Assembly: GCA_015232565.1 (NCBI GenBank)
Contig: JADFZK010000013.1
Span: forward strand, 1-61,791
Direction: 5' to 3'
DNA from: Candidatus Omnitrophota bacterium
GTDB taxonomy: Bacteria; Omnitrophota; Gorgyraeia; Zapsychrales; Fredricksoniimonadaceae
DNA length: 61,791 nt
Position numbers and translations under genes: made by a program. This document shows, one piece after another, positions 28,323-39,338 of the stretch (within the stretch, counting starts at the first letter, position 1; the number at the start of each line of letters is the position of its first letter). The notes beneath the pieces are model-generated. The model was given only the letters and a program-made list of their open reading frames with translations, was not told the origin of the DNA and did not search any database.

Positions 28323-28351
28323 TTGACATGTTCTAAGGAAAATGGTATAGT
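28323..28351 (+). promoter_or_regulatory. sigma70 promoter of the hipBA-like pair
   Basis: TTGACA-N17-TATAGT with extended TG. Confidence 0.75.
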
Positions 28352-28379
28352 TCTTGTAGGAAAAGAAACGGAGAGAGCT

Positions 28380-28697
28380 ATGGACTATTATTCGATGAAC
28401 GATGAAGGTGTTTTGCAAGAGCTCGGCAGCAGGATCCGCGGCAAACGATTGTCCTCCAATATATCCCAAAACATGCTGGCTTCCCGGGCGGGAGTGTCCT
28501 TAAAAGTCATTCAAAACATTGAGTATGGCAAGACGGCCACGATAACCGGTTTCTTACGCGTAATGAGGGCGCTTAATGCCCTGGAACATCTGGATAGCTT
28601 TCTTCCCCAAGTGCGTTTCCGGCCTAGCGAGCTTATTAAATTGGAAGGGAAACGCCGCCAACGGGCGTCAAGGGCGATATTGACGGAAGGGAATTAA
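28380..28697 (+). CDS. XRE-family HTH antitoxin (HipB-like)
   Basis: ELG.RIR..RL..NISQ..LA.RAGVS...I.NIE.G; directly upstream of hipA. Confidence 0.88.
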   Translation: MDYYSMNDEGVLQELGSRIRGKRLSSNISQNMLASRAGVSLKVIQNIEYGKTATITGFLRVMRALNALEHLDSFLPQVRFRPSELIKLEGKRRQRASRAILTEGN

Positions 28698-28699
28698 AT

Positions 28700-30025
28700 A
28701 TGGCCAATGATCAAAAAAGCGCCCTGGGTGCAACGGTCCTTCTTTGGGGAGAACCGGTTGGTTCGGTCTTTTGGAATAACCAAACCAATGCGGCCGAGTT
28801 TGAATATGACGCAACGTTTATAAAAAAAGGTTTTCAGGTTGCGCCTATAAAGATGCCGTTGTCGAACGAGATCTATTCGTTCCCAGCGCATTTAAATCAA
28901 AGTTTAAACGCTCTCCCTGGCCTGCTTGCGGATTCATTGCCTGATAGATTTGGCCACGCTTTGATGGATGCCTGGCTCAGAATGCAAGGGCGACCGGCGG
29001 GGTCATTAAATCCGGTAGAACAGCTTTGTTATGTTGGCACGCGAGGTATGGGGGCCCTTGAGTACCGCCCCGCAATTAATACCGGAACTCTGGATTCCAT
29101 CCCATTGGCCATTGCCGAGCTGACCGGGATTGCAGCTTCTGTGCTCGATAAAAAGAATGAGCTGTCCGTAAATGTACTTAATAATCCTGCGGATGCATTA
29201 TTATCATTGATCCAGATAGGGTCTTCTGCGGGGGGGAATCGGGCCAAAGCTATTATTGCCTTAAATCCATCCACGGGGGAAGTGCGGTCGGGGCAGACCG
29301 CTGTTCCGGACGGATTTGAACACTGGATCCTCAAGTTTGACGGGGCTAATGAACGATCTTTAGGCGATCCCGTTGGTGTCGGCAGAATTGAATATGCGTA
29401 TCATTTAATGGCCTTGGAAGCCGGTATAAAGATGATGCCTTGTCGTTTGTTGGAAGAGAGTGGCCGGGCTCATTTTATGACCAAGCGGTTCGATCGACTT
29501 TCAGGGAACGCCAAGCTTCATGTTCAGTCACTATGTGCGTTACAACATTACGACCATAGTTTGGTTCAGGTTTATAGTTACGAGCAAGTCTTCTCTACGA
29601 TCCAGCAATTAAGGCTAGGGAATGAGTCCAGTCAGGAAATGTACCGGCGCATGGTTTTTAACATCCTGGCGCGCAACCAGGACGATCATACAAAGAACAT
29701 AGCTTTTGTGATGAATAAAGCCGGCGAGTGGCAACTAAGCCCGGCATTTGATATGGTTTGGCAATATAGCCCTCAGGGGCGTTATACCAGCGTTCACCAG
29801 TTAAGTGCCAATGGGAAGCGCAATAATTTCTCTATTGCAGACTTGGAGAAAGTTGCGGATTCATGGGGAATCTATAAAGCAAAAGAGATCCGCCATCAGG
29901 TATCAGAATCGGTGGCCAGCTGGCCCCGGTTCGCTAAAAAAGCCGGAGTAGAATCGCAGACAATTGAAAGCCTTGGAAAGACGTACAGGCTTTCACTCTT
30001 CAAGCGGACTGCTGTTTCAAATTAG
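28700..30025 (+). CDS. hipA: HipA-family Ser/Thr kinase toxin
   Basis: DSLPD.FG N-terminal coupling domain, SAGG.R.K loop, RFDR, NQDDHTKN, SPAFD. Confidence 0.93.
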   Translation: MANDQKSALGATVLLWGEPVGSVFWNNQTNAAEFEYDATFIKKGFQVAPIKMPLSNEIYSFPAHLNQSLNALPGLLADSLPDRFGHALMDAWLRMQGRPAGSLNPVEQLCYVGTRGMGALEYRPAINTGTLDSIPLAIAELTGIAASVLDKKNELSVNVLNNPADALLSLIQIGSSAGGNRAKAIIALNPSTGEVRSGQTAVPDGFEHWILKFDGANERSLGDPVGVGRIEYAYHLMALEAGIKMMPCRLLEESGRAHFMTKRFDRLSGNAKLHVQSLCALQHYDHSLVQVYSYEQVFSTIQQLRLGNESSQEMYRRMVFNILARNQDDHTKNIAFVMNKAGEWQLSPAFDMVWQYSPQGRYTSVHQLSANGKRNNFSIADLEKVADSWGIYKAKEIRHQVSESVASWPRFAKKAGVESQTIESLGKTYRLSLFKRTAVSN

Positions 30026-30161
30026 TTGAACCAGAAACTTAGGAATGTCTACGTTGAGAGTGAAAGTCAATATCAGCGATTAAGCCGGTTGTTACATTAC
30101 CCACTTGTTACGGATGCTAAAGTGTGCTATCCTTTCAATAGAAAAGAAAGGAGCAAAGACT

Positions 30162-30401
30162 ATGTTATTGACCATCGATTCCCGCAAAAGGATCCCTCTG
30201 GGCAAGGTTCTTCCCGACAATGACGTCACCTTGTTTGAGGCCACGGTTGAGGGCGGGCGGATCATACTGGAGCCTATGCGTGCGGTTCCCGAGAGAGAGG
30301 CCTGGTTGTACAAGAACCCTAAAGCCCTGGCTTCCGTAATGAAGGGGCTTAAGGACTCCGCCGGGGGAAGAGTTAAGACTTATATTTCAAAAGAGAAATA
30401 G
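30162..30401 (+). CDS. AbrB/MazE-like antitoxin
   Basis: IDSRKRI.L, GRIILEP, EAWLY.N..A...V..GL.D...GR; SD AAGGAG. Confidence 0.75.
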   Translation: MLLTIDSRKRIPLGKVLPDNDVTLFEATVEGGRIILEPMRAVPEREAWLYKNPKALASVMKGLKDSAGGRVKTYISKEK

Positions 30402-30403
30402 CC

Positions 30404-30694
30404 ATGTTCAAGGTCTTAACAACAGTGTCCTTCGATGAAGATTTTGTTGCCTTGCGCCAACAGAAGTCAATGGCCGCCAGGGTCAAGGCGATCGACAAGA
30501 CGCTCAAGTTTCTGTTAAACCCAAGGCATCCCGGCCTACAAACGCACGAGTTTACTTCACTCAAGGGCCCGAACGGTGAGAAGGTTTTTGAGGCGTATGC
30601 CCAGCAGAACACGCCCGCGGCTTATCGTGTATTCTGGCATTATGGGCCAGGCAGAAATGAAATCACCGTTATCGCGTTCACAGCTCACCCCTAG
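30404..30694 (+). CDS. RelE/ParE-superfamily toxin
   Basis: NPRHPGLQTH, FEAY.....P.AYRVFW.YG, C-terminal HP; 2 bp after the antitoxin. Confidence 0.78.
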   Translation: MFKVLTTVSFDEDFVALRQQKSMAARVKAIDKTLKFLLNPRHPGLQTHEFTSLKGPNGEKVFEAYAQQNTPAAYRVFWHYGPGRNEITVIAFTAHP

Positions 30695-30852
30695 GGGTTC
30701 CAAGGGACATTGAACAAATAAACGGACTTTTGAATCGTATCTTGGCAATGGTTAGGGCCATTTCTCTGCGATGGGCTTCGCTATCATTGCTCAATTTTAA
30801 GATTGTTCTATAATTTTGTGCTACTTCTATGTTAGGAGTTTCGGGCACACCG

Positions 30853-33800
30853 CTATAACAACGGCGCCAGCCATTTTTGGGCCGTGGGTCGGGGCCAGTT
30901 TTTTCTTTTGGCGTAGTCTTCCAGCTGGTCCGGGCCGATCGATCCGATATGAAAGTATTGCGCATCCGGATGGGCAAAATAGTGCCCGCAGACTGAAGAC
31001 GCCGGGGTCATCATAAAACTGTCGGTCAGAGTTATGCCGGTGTGGGCGGTGGCGTTCAATAGCTGGAACACTCCGGCTTTTTCGGTATGGTCCGGGGCCG
31101 ACGGGTAGCCTTGCGCCGGTCGGATACCTTGATATTCTTCGGCGATCATTTCATTGTAGGACAATTTCTCCATAGCGGCGTAGCCCCAGTATTCCTTGCG
31201 GACCTTCTCATGCAGGTATTCCGCCAGGGCTTCTGCCAGGCGGTCGGCCAGCACTTTTACCATCAGGGTTTTGTAGTCGTCGTTAGCAAAATATTCCAGA
31301 GCTTTTTCGAGGCCGGCGCCGCCGGTAGCCGCGAAAGCGCCGATATAGTCTTTTATGCCGCTGGTGTGGGGCGCAATAAAATCGGCCAGGCAGAAATAGG
31401 GCTGGTGTTCAACATTCTTTAATATCTGCTGACGCAGGAAAGCGCAGGTGGCCAGCGGCTGGTTCCGGCGCTCATCCGCGTAAACCACAACATCATCGCT
31501 AATACTGTTGGCCGGGAAGAGGCCAATTACTCCCTGGCAAGTCAGTAGTTTCTTCCGGCTGATCTCCTCCAGCATGGTTTGTCCGTCATTGAAAAGTTTT
31601 TGCGCTTCCTGCCCGTTAGCGGGGTTTTGGAATATTTGCGGATGCCGGCCTTTAAGCCCCCAGGACAAAAAGAAGAATGACCAGTCAATGTAGGGGCGCA
31701 TGGCTTCCAGGGAGATATCATTAAAGGATTGTACGCCGAGCCGGGCCGGTGTGGTGATCCGGGCTGTGGACCAGTCGGGCTTAAAACCCTGGTTACGGGC
31801 GGTTTCCAGGCTTACCAGTTGCCGCTGGTTTTTGATCTGGGCAAAACTGGCGCGCAGGGACTCCTGGTGGTCGGTGTTCCGGGCAATGTAAGCGCCTTTA
31901 AGGCGCGCGTCGAGAAGATTGCGGCAAACTCCCACGCCGCGGGAAGCGTCTTTCACATAAACTACCGGCCCCTGATAGGCCGGGGCTATTCTGACCGCGG
32001 TATGATTCTCGGATGTAGTGGCTCCGCCTATAAGCAGGGGGATGGTAAAACCGTTCTTTTGCATTTCACTGGCCACTGTCACCATCTCATCCAGAGAGGG
32101 CGTGATCAAACCCGACAGGCCGATGATATCGGCCTGGTGTTCTTTGGCGGCGGCAATTATTTTATCGCAGGAAACCATCACGCCAATATCGATGATCTCA
32201 AAATTGTTACAAGCCAGGACCACGCCGGCAATGTTCTTGCCGATATCGTGGACGTCGCCTTTTACCGTGGCCATGATTATCTTGCCATTACTTTTGGAAC
32301 TGCCGGCTTTATCCTGCTCGATCATGGGCTGAAGGAATGCCACTGCTTTTTTCATGACCCGTGCGCTTTTGACTACTTGCGGCAGGAACATCTTGCCCGC
32401 GCCGAACAGGTCGCCTACATGGTTCATGCCGGCCATTAACGGCCCCTCGATTATCAAAAGCGGGCGGGGATATTTTGCCAGCGCTTCGTTCAGGTCGGCC
32501 TCGATAAAATCAGTAAGGCCTTTTACCAAAGCATGGGCCAGGCGTTCTTCCACCGGCGTATTGCGCCAGGCCTGGTCCTCGGCCGTTTTCTTGTCTTTGG
32601 AACGGAAGGTTTCCACAAAAGTTACCAGGCGTTCGGTGGCGTCGCTGCGGCGGTTTAAGATCACGTCTTCCACCCGTGCCAAAAGGTCCTGGGGTATTTC
32701 GTCATAAACGCCCACCATACCGGCATTCACAATGCCCATGTCCAGGCCGGCTTTAATAGCGTGGTAAAGAAAGACCGAGTGCATGGCTTCCCGGATAGGG
32801 TCGTTGCCGCGGAAAGAAAAAGACACATTGCTTACCCCGCCGGAAATGCGCACATGGGGAAGAGTGCGTTTGATCTCGCGTACGGCTTCGATAAAATCCA
32901 AAGCGTAATTGTTGTGGGCTTCGATCCCGGTGGCGACCGCAAAAATGTTGGGGTCGAAGATAATATCTTCCGGAGCAATGCCGGCTTGCCTGGTGAGCAG
33001 ATTGTAAGCCCGGGTGCATATGGCTATCTTGCGCTGTTTGGTATCGGCCTGGCCGTCTTCATCGAAGGCCATTACTACTATTGCCGCACCGTATTTTCGG
33101 ATCGCGGCGGCTCGGGCCAGAAAGGCCGCTTCACCTTCCTTGAGCGAGATAGAATTCACAATGCCTTTGCCTTGCACGCATTTCAGGCCGGCTTCAATAA
33201 CGTCCCATTTGGACGAATCGATCATTATCGGTACCCGGGCGATATCGGGCTCGGCGGCTATCAGATTAAGGAATTTGACCATGGCGGCTTTGGAGTCCAG
33301 CATGGCTTCGTCCATATTTATGTCTATGGCCTGGGCGCCGTTCTCTACCTGCTGGCGGGCGACCGCGAGCGCTTCGTCGTAGTTGCCGTCGATAATAAGC
33401 CGGGCGAATTTCTTGGAGCCCGTAACATTGGTGCGTTCGCCGATGTTAAGAAAAATGGCGCCTTTGCGCAGTACCAGCGGTTCCAGTCCGGAATAAGAAG
33501 AAACCGGCTCTATTTGCGGAAGCGGGCGGGGCGGCAGGTCTTTTACCGCCGCGCTGATGGCTTTAATATGGTCCGGGGATGATCCGCAACAGCCGCCCAC
33601 AATATTGACCAGCTTGTTCTCGGCGAATTCCCTTACCAGGGCGGCCATTTCTGCGGGGGTTTGATCGTATTGCCCAAATTGGTTGGGGAGCCCCGCGTTA
33701 GGATAAGCGCTGATATAACAATTGGCCAGCCGGGAAAGTTCGGCCAGGTGCGGGCGCATATCTTTTGCGCCCAGCGCGCAATTGAAGCCAAAAGCCAGCG

Positions 33801-34533
33801 GTTGGGCGTGTTTTAACGATATCCAGAAAGCTTCGGCGGTCTGTCCGGAAAGCGTGCGGCCGGAAGCGTCGGTTATAGTGCCGGAAATAATGATCGGCAG
33901 GGGTTGGGTCGCTGTTTCATTATACGAAAGCGCGGCGAATACCGCGGCCTTGGCGTTTAGAGTATCGAAAATGGTTTCGATCAGGAAAAGATCGGCTCCG
34001 GCGGAAGCCAGGGCCTGGATCTGTTCCAGGTAAGCCGCAGTGAGCTGGTCGAAGTTTACCGCGCGGTAGGAAGGATCGTTAACATCCGGCGATATGGATG
34101 CCGTGCGGTTGGTCGGCCCGATAGATCCCGCGACAAAACGCGGCTGGCGGGGGTCTTTCCGGGTGAATTTGTCGGCCGCGGCGCGGGCTAGTTTGACGGA
34201 AGCTATATTCAGTTCCCGCACCAGGCTTTCCATATGGTAATCCGCCAGGCTGATGGCGTTAGCATTAAAAGTGTTGGATTCAATAATATCCGCTCCGGCT
34301 TCCAGATATTGTTCGTGAATGCCCTGAATGACCTCCGGCCGGGTGAGTGACAGCAAGTCATTGTTGCCCTTAAGGTCCGAGGCCCAGTCCCGGAAGCGCC
34401 CGGAAACGCCTCCGCGATAATCGCTCTCGGTCAATTGGTGGCGCTGGATCATGGTGCCCATGGCTCCGTCGAGTATCAGGATGCGGCGGTTCATTTCCCG
34501 GGCAATTGCGGTGGGTAGTGGTATTTTATTCAT
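30853..34533 (-). CDS. metH: B12-dependent methionine synthase
   Basis: [25 protein letters not shown]12 motif [18 protein letters not shown]-terminal reactivation domain. Confidence 0.98.
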   Translation of the reverse strand: MNKIPLPTAIAREMNRRILILDGAMGTMIQRHQLTESDYRGGVSGRFRDWASDLKGNNDLLSLTRPEVIQGIHEQYLEAGADIIESNTFNANAISLADYHMESLVRELNIASVKLARAAADKFTRKDPRQPRFVAGSIGPTNRTASISPDVNDPSYRAVNFDQLTAAYLEQIQALASAGADLFLIETIFDTLNAKAAVFAALSYNETATQPLPIIISGTITDASGRTLSGQTAEAFWISLKHAQPLAFGFNCALGAKDMRPHLAELSRLANCYISAYPNAGLPNQFGQYDQTPAEMAALVREFAENKLVNIVGGCCGSSPDHIKAISAAVKDLPPRPLPQIEPVSSYSGLEPLVLRKGAIFLNIGERTNVTGSKKFARLIIDGNYDEALAVARQQVENGAQAIDINMDEAMLDSKAAMVKFLNLIAAEPDIARVPIMIDSSKWDVIEAGLKCVQGKGIVNSISLKEGEAAFLARAAAIRKYGAAIVVMAFDEDGQADTKQRKIAICTRAYNLLTRQAGIAPEDIIFDPNIFAVATGIEAHNNYALDFIEAVREIKRTLPHVRISGGVSNVSFSFRGNDPIREAMHSVFLYHAIKAGLDMGIVNAGMVGVYDEIPQDLLARVEDVILNRRSDATERLVTFVETFRSKDKKTAEDQAWRNTPVEERLAHALVKGLTDFIEADLNEALAKYPRPLLIIEGPLMAGMNHVGDLFGAGKMFLPQVVKSARVMKKAVAFLQPMIEQDKAGSSKSNGKIIMATVKGDVHDIGKNIAGVVLACNNFEIIDIGVMVSCDKIIAAAKEHQADIIGLSGLITPSLDEMVTVASEMQKNGFTIPLLIGGATTSENHTAVRIAPAYQGPVVYVKDASRGVGVCRNLLDARLKGAYIARNTDHQESLRASFAQIKNQRQLVSLETARNQGFKPDWSTARITTPARLGVQSFNDISLEAMRPYIDWSFFFLSWGLKGRHPQIFQNPANGQEAQKLFNDGQTMLEEISRKKLLTCQGVIGLFPANSISDDVVVYADERRNQPLATCAFLRQQILKNVEHQPYFCLADFIAPHTSGIKDYIGAFAATGGAGLEKALEYFANDDYKTLMVKVLADRLAEALAEYLHEKVRKEYWGYAAMEKLSYNEMIAEEYQGIRPAQGYPSAPDHTEKAGVFQLLNATAHTGITLTDSFMMTPASSVCGHYFAHPDAQYFHIGSIGPDQLEDYAKRKNWPRPTAQKWLAPLL

Positions 34534-34540
34534 AGCGTAA

Positions 34541-34569
34541 ACAATAAAGTAAAGTTATATTGATGTCAA
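34541..34569 (-). promoter_or_regulatory. metH sigma70 promoter (probably leaderless transcript)
   Basis: Minus strand TTGACA-N17-TATTGT, then 7 nt to the ATG; no SD. Confidence 0.7.
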
Positions 34570-34720
34570 TGGCAGACTGAATATCCCGGCTTTCCTTGGG
34601 CGGTTGATTTTATTATTTGGTGCTATCGGGAATGCGTTTTTCCATTAGAATACTAGCCGCTCAAGTTGGCACCGGTTAATAATGTCCGGGATCTGGCGTC
34701 ATTTAAATTGAAGGAGCAAA

Positions 34721-35068
34721 ATGTCATATCCAGAAAGCTTCAATAATTTGCGCAGTGATTCACGCGTTAGTTCCGAATTGCCGGCCCGCCTCAGCATCGG
34801 TTCCCAGTTAACCTTGAACGGCCGGTTGAAAGACTTGTCCTTAAAAAGCGCCTTTATCCGGATCAAGCACAGCGTGTATGTCCAGCTTAATGACGAAGTC
34901 GGCTTTGCTATCCAGATTTCCATGAATAATGCGGAGGAGCTTATAGAGGGTATGGCTCGTATTTCGCGTATCGCCGGCGGGGAAGGCCTGGCGATCTATT
35001 TTACCCGGATGGAAGAGCCTTCCATCAGGCGTTTAAAAGAACTTTTGAAATCGATGGGGGTTTGTTAA
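34721..35068 (+). CDS. PilZ-domain protein
   Basis: RxxxR (RSDSR) and DLS.KS variant of D/NxSxxG; beta-barrel pattern. Confidence 0.7.
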   Translation: MSYPESFNNLRSDSRVSSELPARLSIGSQLTLNGRLKDLSLKSAFIRIKHSVYVQLNDEVGFAIQISMNNAEELIEGMARISRIAGGEGLAIYFTRMEEPSIRRLKELLKSMGVC

Positions 35069-36460
35069 ATGGACCAGGTGAAATTCTATCTTGACGAAAA
35101 GGATATGCCGAAGAAGTGGTATAACATTGCCGCCGATCTGCCGACGCCCATGCTGCCTCCGCTCACGCCCGATGGCCAGATAGTGAGGCCGGAAATGCTC
35201 GAGGCGGTTTTTCCCAAGAACCTGATCGAGCAGGAAATGTCTACCAAACGCTGGATCGATATACCGGAAGAAGTCCGGCAGATCTTTTACCGCTGGCGGC
35301 CGTCTCCTTTGCGCCGGGCGGTATATTTGGAGAAATTCCTTAATACCCCGGCCAAGATCTTTTACAAGGATGAAAGCGTTTCGCCGGCCGGCAGTCACAA
35401 GACCAACAGTTCTGTTCCCCAGGCCTGGTACAATAAACAGTTCGGCATAAAGCGTTTAACCACCGAGACTGGCGCCGGCCAATGGGGTACGGCGCTTTCT
35501 TTTGCTTGTCACATTATCGGTTTGGAGTGCAAGGTCTTTATGGTGCGGGTGAGTTTCGACCAGAAGCCCATGCGCAAGACCATGATGGGCCTGTGGGGGG
35601 CGGAATGTATCGCCAGCCCCTCGAACGAAACCAGGGCCGGCCGCGACATCCTGGCTGAAATGCCGGATACGCCGGGTAGTCTGGGCATTGCCATCAGTGA
35701 AGCGGTAGAAGCGGCGGTGACCGATAAGACCGGGCGCACCCGTTATGCCCTGGGCAGTGTGCTGAATCATGTCCTGTTGCACCAGACCATCATCGGCCTG
35801 GAAGCGCAAAAACAGCTCAAGAAAGCCGGGATCAAGAAGCCTGACATAGTTATTGGTTGTGCCGGCGGCGGCAGTAATTTCGCGGGCATTGCTTTTCCTT
35901 TTACTTTAGACAAGATCAACGGCGCCAAGATCGAGATAATCCCTGTGGAGTCGGCGGGTTGCCCCAAAATGACCAAGGGGCTGTTTGCTTACGACCATGG
36001 CGATGTGGCGGGGATGACCCCGTTATTGCCTATGCATACATTAGGCAGTCAGTTTATCCCTCCGGCTATACACGCCGGCGGTTTGCGTTATCATGGCATG
36101 GCACCTTTGGTCAGCCAGGCGATAGTGGAAGGCCTGATGACGCCGCGCGCGGTGGACCAATTAAGCAGTTATGAAGCGGCAATTATCTGGGCCCGGACGG
36201 AAGGTTTTGTGATCGCTCCGGAAACTTCGAATGCCGTGGCCTGTGTTATTGATGAAGCAAAGAAAGCCAAAAGAGAGGGGAAGGAGAAGGTCATTCTTTT
36301 TAATTTGAGTGGTCATGGCCTGTTAGACCTGGCCGGATACGACAAGTATTTGAATGGCAAGCTGGAGAATTCCAAAGTCCCGCATGATGAGATAGCGCGT
36401 TCTCTGGCCAAGGTGCAAAAAACTTACGCCGCCGCGTCACGCAAGACCGGCAAGTGGTAA
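35069..36460 (+). CDS. trpB2: TrpB2-type PLP enzyme (tryptophan synthase beta-like)
   Basis: KWYNI.ADLP N-terminal extension, [33 protein letters not shown]; no trpA alongside. Confidence 0.93.
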   Translation: MDQVKFYLDEKDMPKKWYNIAADLPTPMLPPLTPDGQIVRPEMLEAVFPKNLIEQEMSTKRWIDIPEEVRQIFYRWRPSPLRRAVYLEKFLNTPAKIFYKDESVSPAGSHKTNSSVPQAWYNKQFGIKRLTTETGAGQWGTALSFACHIIGLECKVFMVRVSFDQKPMRKTMMGLWGAECIASPSNETRAGRDILAEMPDTPGSLGIAISEAVEAAVTDKTGRTRYALGSVLNHVLLHQTIIGLEAQKQLKKAGIKKPDIVIGCAGGGSNFAGIAFPFTLDKINGAKIEIIPVESAGCPKMTKGLFAYDHGDVAGMTPLLPMHTLGSQFIPPAIHAGGLRYHGMAPLVSQAIVEGLMTPRAVDQLSSYEAAIIWARTEGFVIAPETSNAVACVIDEAKKAKREGKEKVILFNLSGHGLLDLAGYDKYLNGKLENSKVPHDEIARSLAKVQKTYAAASRKTGKW

Positions 36461-36517
36461 GTTGATCATAATTCTCCTCACCGGATACCCGGACGAGGAT
36501 AATACCAGGAGGGAAAT

Positions 36518-37117
36518 ATGAAAAAATTATTCTTGTTGTGTGTTGCGCTGCTGGTTGCGGTAGCGGCAAGTTCGGCTGTATTCGCGGCTGATCTTTATCA
36601 GGTTGATGCGGCGCATTCATCTATTGGTTTCGCTGTTAAGCACATGATGGTGGCCCGGGTGAACGGGGTTTTTGGTGATTTTCAAGGAGATATCAAATTT
36701 GATCCGGCCGATCTGCCGGGATCGAAGTTTGATTTCGTTATTAAAGTAGCCAGCATAGATACCCGCAATAGTGGTCGGGATGCGCATTTGAAAGGCGCGG
36801 ATTTCTTTAATGCGGAAAAGTTTCCTGATATCGTTTTTAAAACCAAAGCGGTTGCCCGGACTGGTGAGGGCGTTTATGCGGTTACTGGCGATTTAACGAT
36901 GAAGGATGTTACTAAAGAGGTTGTTATCCCGGTTACGGTGGACGGGCCGGTGTTTAATCCCATGGCCAAGGCCGATGGTATTGGCATCGAAGCGGTCTTT
37001 AAAGTAAATCGCCAGGACTACGGGGTTAATTGGAACAAGGATTTGGATAACGGCGGGGTAGTAGTGGGCAATGATGTGGCGGTTAATGTGAATATCGAAG
37101 CCCACAAGAGCCGGTAA
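36518..37117 (+). CDS. yceI: YceI-family periplasmic protein
   Basis: Signal peptide, D.AHS.I.F.VKH, SIDT....RDAHL...DFF. Confidence 0.92.
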   Translation: MKKLFLLCVALLVAVAASSAVFAADLYQVDAAHSSIGFAVKHMMVARVNGVFGDFQGDIKFDPADLPGSKFDFVIKVASIDTRNSGRDAHLKGADFFNAEKFPDIVFKTKAVARTGEGVYAVTGDLTMKDVTKEVVIPVTVDGPVFNPMAKADGIGIEAVFKVNRQDYGVNWNKDLDNGGVVVGNDVAVNVNIEAHKSR

Positions 37118-37135
37118 AAAATCGGGTTTCATCTT

Positions 37136-37516
37136 ATGCGTTCGAGAGCGGTGTTTTTATCCTTGTTAATGGCTATGCTGTTCGGCGCCGCTGGTTGCGC
37201 CATGCTGGAGCCGGTAGAAGAAACAGCTCCGCGTTATGCCTCGTCTACCGAGCTCTATAACAAAGCGCTTGAGAATTATCAGAATGGCAAGTATTCCCGG
37301 GCGAAAGACTTGTTCCAGGAGTATATTGCGCAGTATCCCAATAGTACCATCTTCCGTATCGCTTTGTATTATTCGGGGCATTGTTATCAGATGTTAGGCG
37401 AAGAAAAGGAAGCTTTGGTTATTTACAACCGGGTCGTAGCGACCTATGGCGAGGACGATTTTTGGGGTGAACAGGCTTTTAAGAGGATCGGCCAGATCAA
37501 AGGCGACCCTTTGTGA
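37136..37516 (+). CDS. TPR lipoprotein (BamD/CpoB-like)
   Basis: Lipobox AAG-C, TPR pattern, YP.S. Confidence 0.75.
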   Translation: MRSRAVFLSLLMAMLFGAAGCAMLEPVEETAPRYASSTELYNKALENYQNGKYSRAKDLFQEYIAQYPNSTIFRIALYYSGHCYQMLGEEKEALVIYNRVVATYGEDDFWGEQAFKRIGQIKGDPL

Positions 37517-37549
37517 ATTTTGGTCAGGTGGAATTCTTAAGGATGCAAT

Positions 37550-38158
37550 ATGGCGGTAGATAATCATTCTGACATCAAACAGGGTCCGGTATCGGATCCG
37601 GCTTTCTGGGTAGAGAAGCACGGCGATTATTTGTATCGTTACGCGCTTATGCGGGTGCGTAACCGCGAAGCGGCCGAGAACCTGGTGCAGGAAACTTTTC
37701 TGGCCGCCTTGACGGCTCGCAAATCGTTTGGCGGACGTTCGAGCGAACGTACCTGGATGGTGGGTATCCTTAAGCACAAGCTCATCGATACTTATCGCAA
37801 GTCTTTCCGGGAGAAGTCGATCTCCGAGATCCAGACCGACGAAGAGCAAACCGTTGACAGTTTTTACGACGCGGTGGGCAATCCCGGTAAATATCCCAAA
37901 GACTGGTTACCGGATCCCGAGAAAATGCTTAATTCCAAGGAGTTCTGGGAGGTGCTCAAAGGTTGTCTGGCCAAACTGCCGGAACGAACGGCCGCGGCTT
38001 TTTCCATGCGCGAGCTGGACGACCTGGATACCGATCAGATATGTAAGGAGCTTGGTATAAACCCGACGAACCTGTGGGTAATTCTCCATAGGGCCCGGTT
38101 ACAGCTCAGGGGGTGCCTGGAAATGAACTGGTTCGAAAAGAAAGCCGAAAATGCTTAA
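37550..38158 (+). CDS. ECF sigma-70 factor
   Basis: AENLVQETFLAA, TW..GILKHK..D, region 4 NLWV.LHRAR..LR.CL. Confidence 0.92.
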   Translation: MAVDNHSDIKQGPVSDPAFWVEKHGDYLYRYALMRVRNREAAENLVQETFLAALTARKSFGGRSSERTWMVGILKHKLIDTYRKSFREKSISEIQTDEEQTVDSFYDAVGNPGKYPKDWLPDPEKMLNSKEFWEVLKGCLAKLPERTAAAFSMRELDDLDTDQICKELGINPTNLWVILHRARLQLRGCLEMNWFEKKAENA

Positions 38159-38459
38159 TTGGGAAAAAACCGAAAAGACCCCGCTGATCACTTCCTGCAA
38201 ACAAGCCGCTCGTTTGGTGTCGGTTTCTATTGAACGCCCGCTTTCCCTGCGTGAAAACATTACCATGCGTATTCATTTGTGGATGTGCCGCACCTGCACG
38301 CTTTATCGCCGGCAGATCAGCCTGCTTCGTAAAGCTTTTGTCCGGCATGAAGAGGTGCTGGCCTTAACCCCGCCCTCGGAGGGCGAAAGCCTGGATGCCC
38401 AGAGCAAAAAGCGGATCCAGGATGCGATCGTTAAAAGCAGTTGCGGGGAAACACAATGA
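38151..38459 (+). CDS. Zinc-finger (zf-HC2) anti-sigma factor, soluble
   Basis: SC..A..L.S and H-LWM-C-RT-C (HxxxCxxC); overlaps the sigma gene. Confidence 0.85.
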   Translation: MLNWEKTEKTPLITSCKQAARLVSVSIERPLSLRENITMRIHLWMCRTCTLYRRQISLLRKAFVRHEEVLALTPPSEGESLDAQSKKRIQDAIVKSSCGETQ

Positions 38460-38827
38460 GGTTGTTGATCGCCGATGATGAAAAAGAGGTCGAGTTACTG
38501 CTCGCGCCAGCCCTGGCACAGCACGGCTTTGCTGATGTGACTTTTGTGCGTGATCCGGCCGTCTCGGTCCAGAAAATCCAGGAACTCCAGCCGGATGTGG
38601 TTATCCTCGATATTAATTTCAACGTGAAAGATTTTGACGGCTTCGAAGTGTTGCGCCGGGCCAAACTCTTAAGTGTGCAGACCCGCTTCATAATGTCTTC
38701 GACTTACACTGAGTTTAGCGGCAAAGCTATCGCGGCTGGCGCCGACGGCTTCCTGCCCAAACCTACCTCAATGGACAAAATGATCAAAAAGATCAACGAG
38801 ATCGCCGGCAAGGCCGGTCTTGCCTGA
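38456..38827 (+). CDS. Single-domain response regulator
   Basis: IADDE, ILD, KP. Confidence 0.85.
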   Translation: MRLLIADDEKEVELLLAPALAQHGFADVTFVRDPAVSVQKIQELQPDVVILDINFNVKDFDGFEVLRRAKLLSVQTRFIMSSTYTEFSGKAIAAGADGFLPKPTSMDKMIKKINEIAGKAGLA

Positions 38828-38930
38828 GAGGGCTTTATTTTTCTTTGCTGACAAAGGATTTTGATTAAGAGCAACTGATGTTATTATTGTGTGAAGCCGG
38901 GCAGGTCCGGGTTAACCGATCGGAGGAAGA

Positions 38931-39308
38931 ATGGCCAATATTTTGATCTGTGATGATGACCCCACGATTCACAAGCTGGTGGGCGAGTTCCTTAAGCGCA
39001 GCGGGCATGAGGTCACCTTTGCCAAAGACGGCCTGGATGCCCTGGTATTACTCAAGAAACAAAAGCCGGACTTGATGGTGCTGGATGTGATGATGCCGGA
39101 GATCAATGGCTATGATGTTTGTCATAATGTTAAGTTCGACGACCGGTTAAAAGACCTGCCGATCGTCCTTTTAACCTCCCGCGATCAGGAGCTCGACGAA
39201 CGCCAGGGGGCGTTAATGGGCATTGCCTACATGAGCAAAAATTGCTCTCCCAAGGAACTGACCGATAAAGTCAACCAGATCCTGGCCGCCAGACAGCTTA
39301 AGAAATAA
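38931..39308 (+). CDS. Single-domain response regulator
   Basis: ICDDD, LDVMMP..NG, LLT. Confidence 0.88.
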   Translation: MANILICDDDPTIHKLVGEFLKRSGHEVTFAKDGLDALVLLKKQKPDLMVLDVMMPEINGYDVCHNVKFDDRLKDLPIVLLTSRDQELDERQGALMGIAYMSKNCSPKELTDKVNQILAARQLKK

Positions 39309-39338
39309 TTATTTCAGTGGTTGGTAAGAGGGTTGTCC

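Noticed and set aside
34534-34720. SAM or B12 riboswitch upstream of metH
   Set aside because: No consensus motifs, and the promoter lies directly against the start codon.
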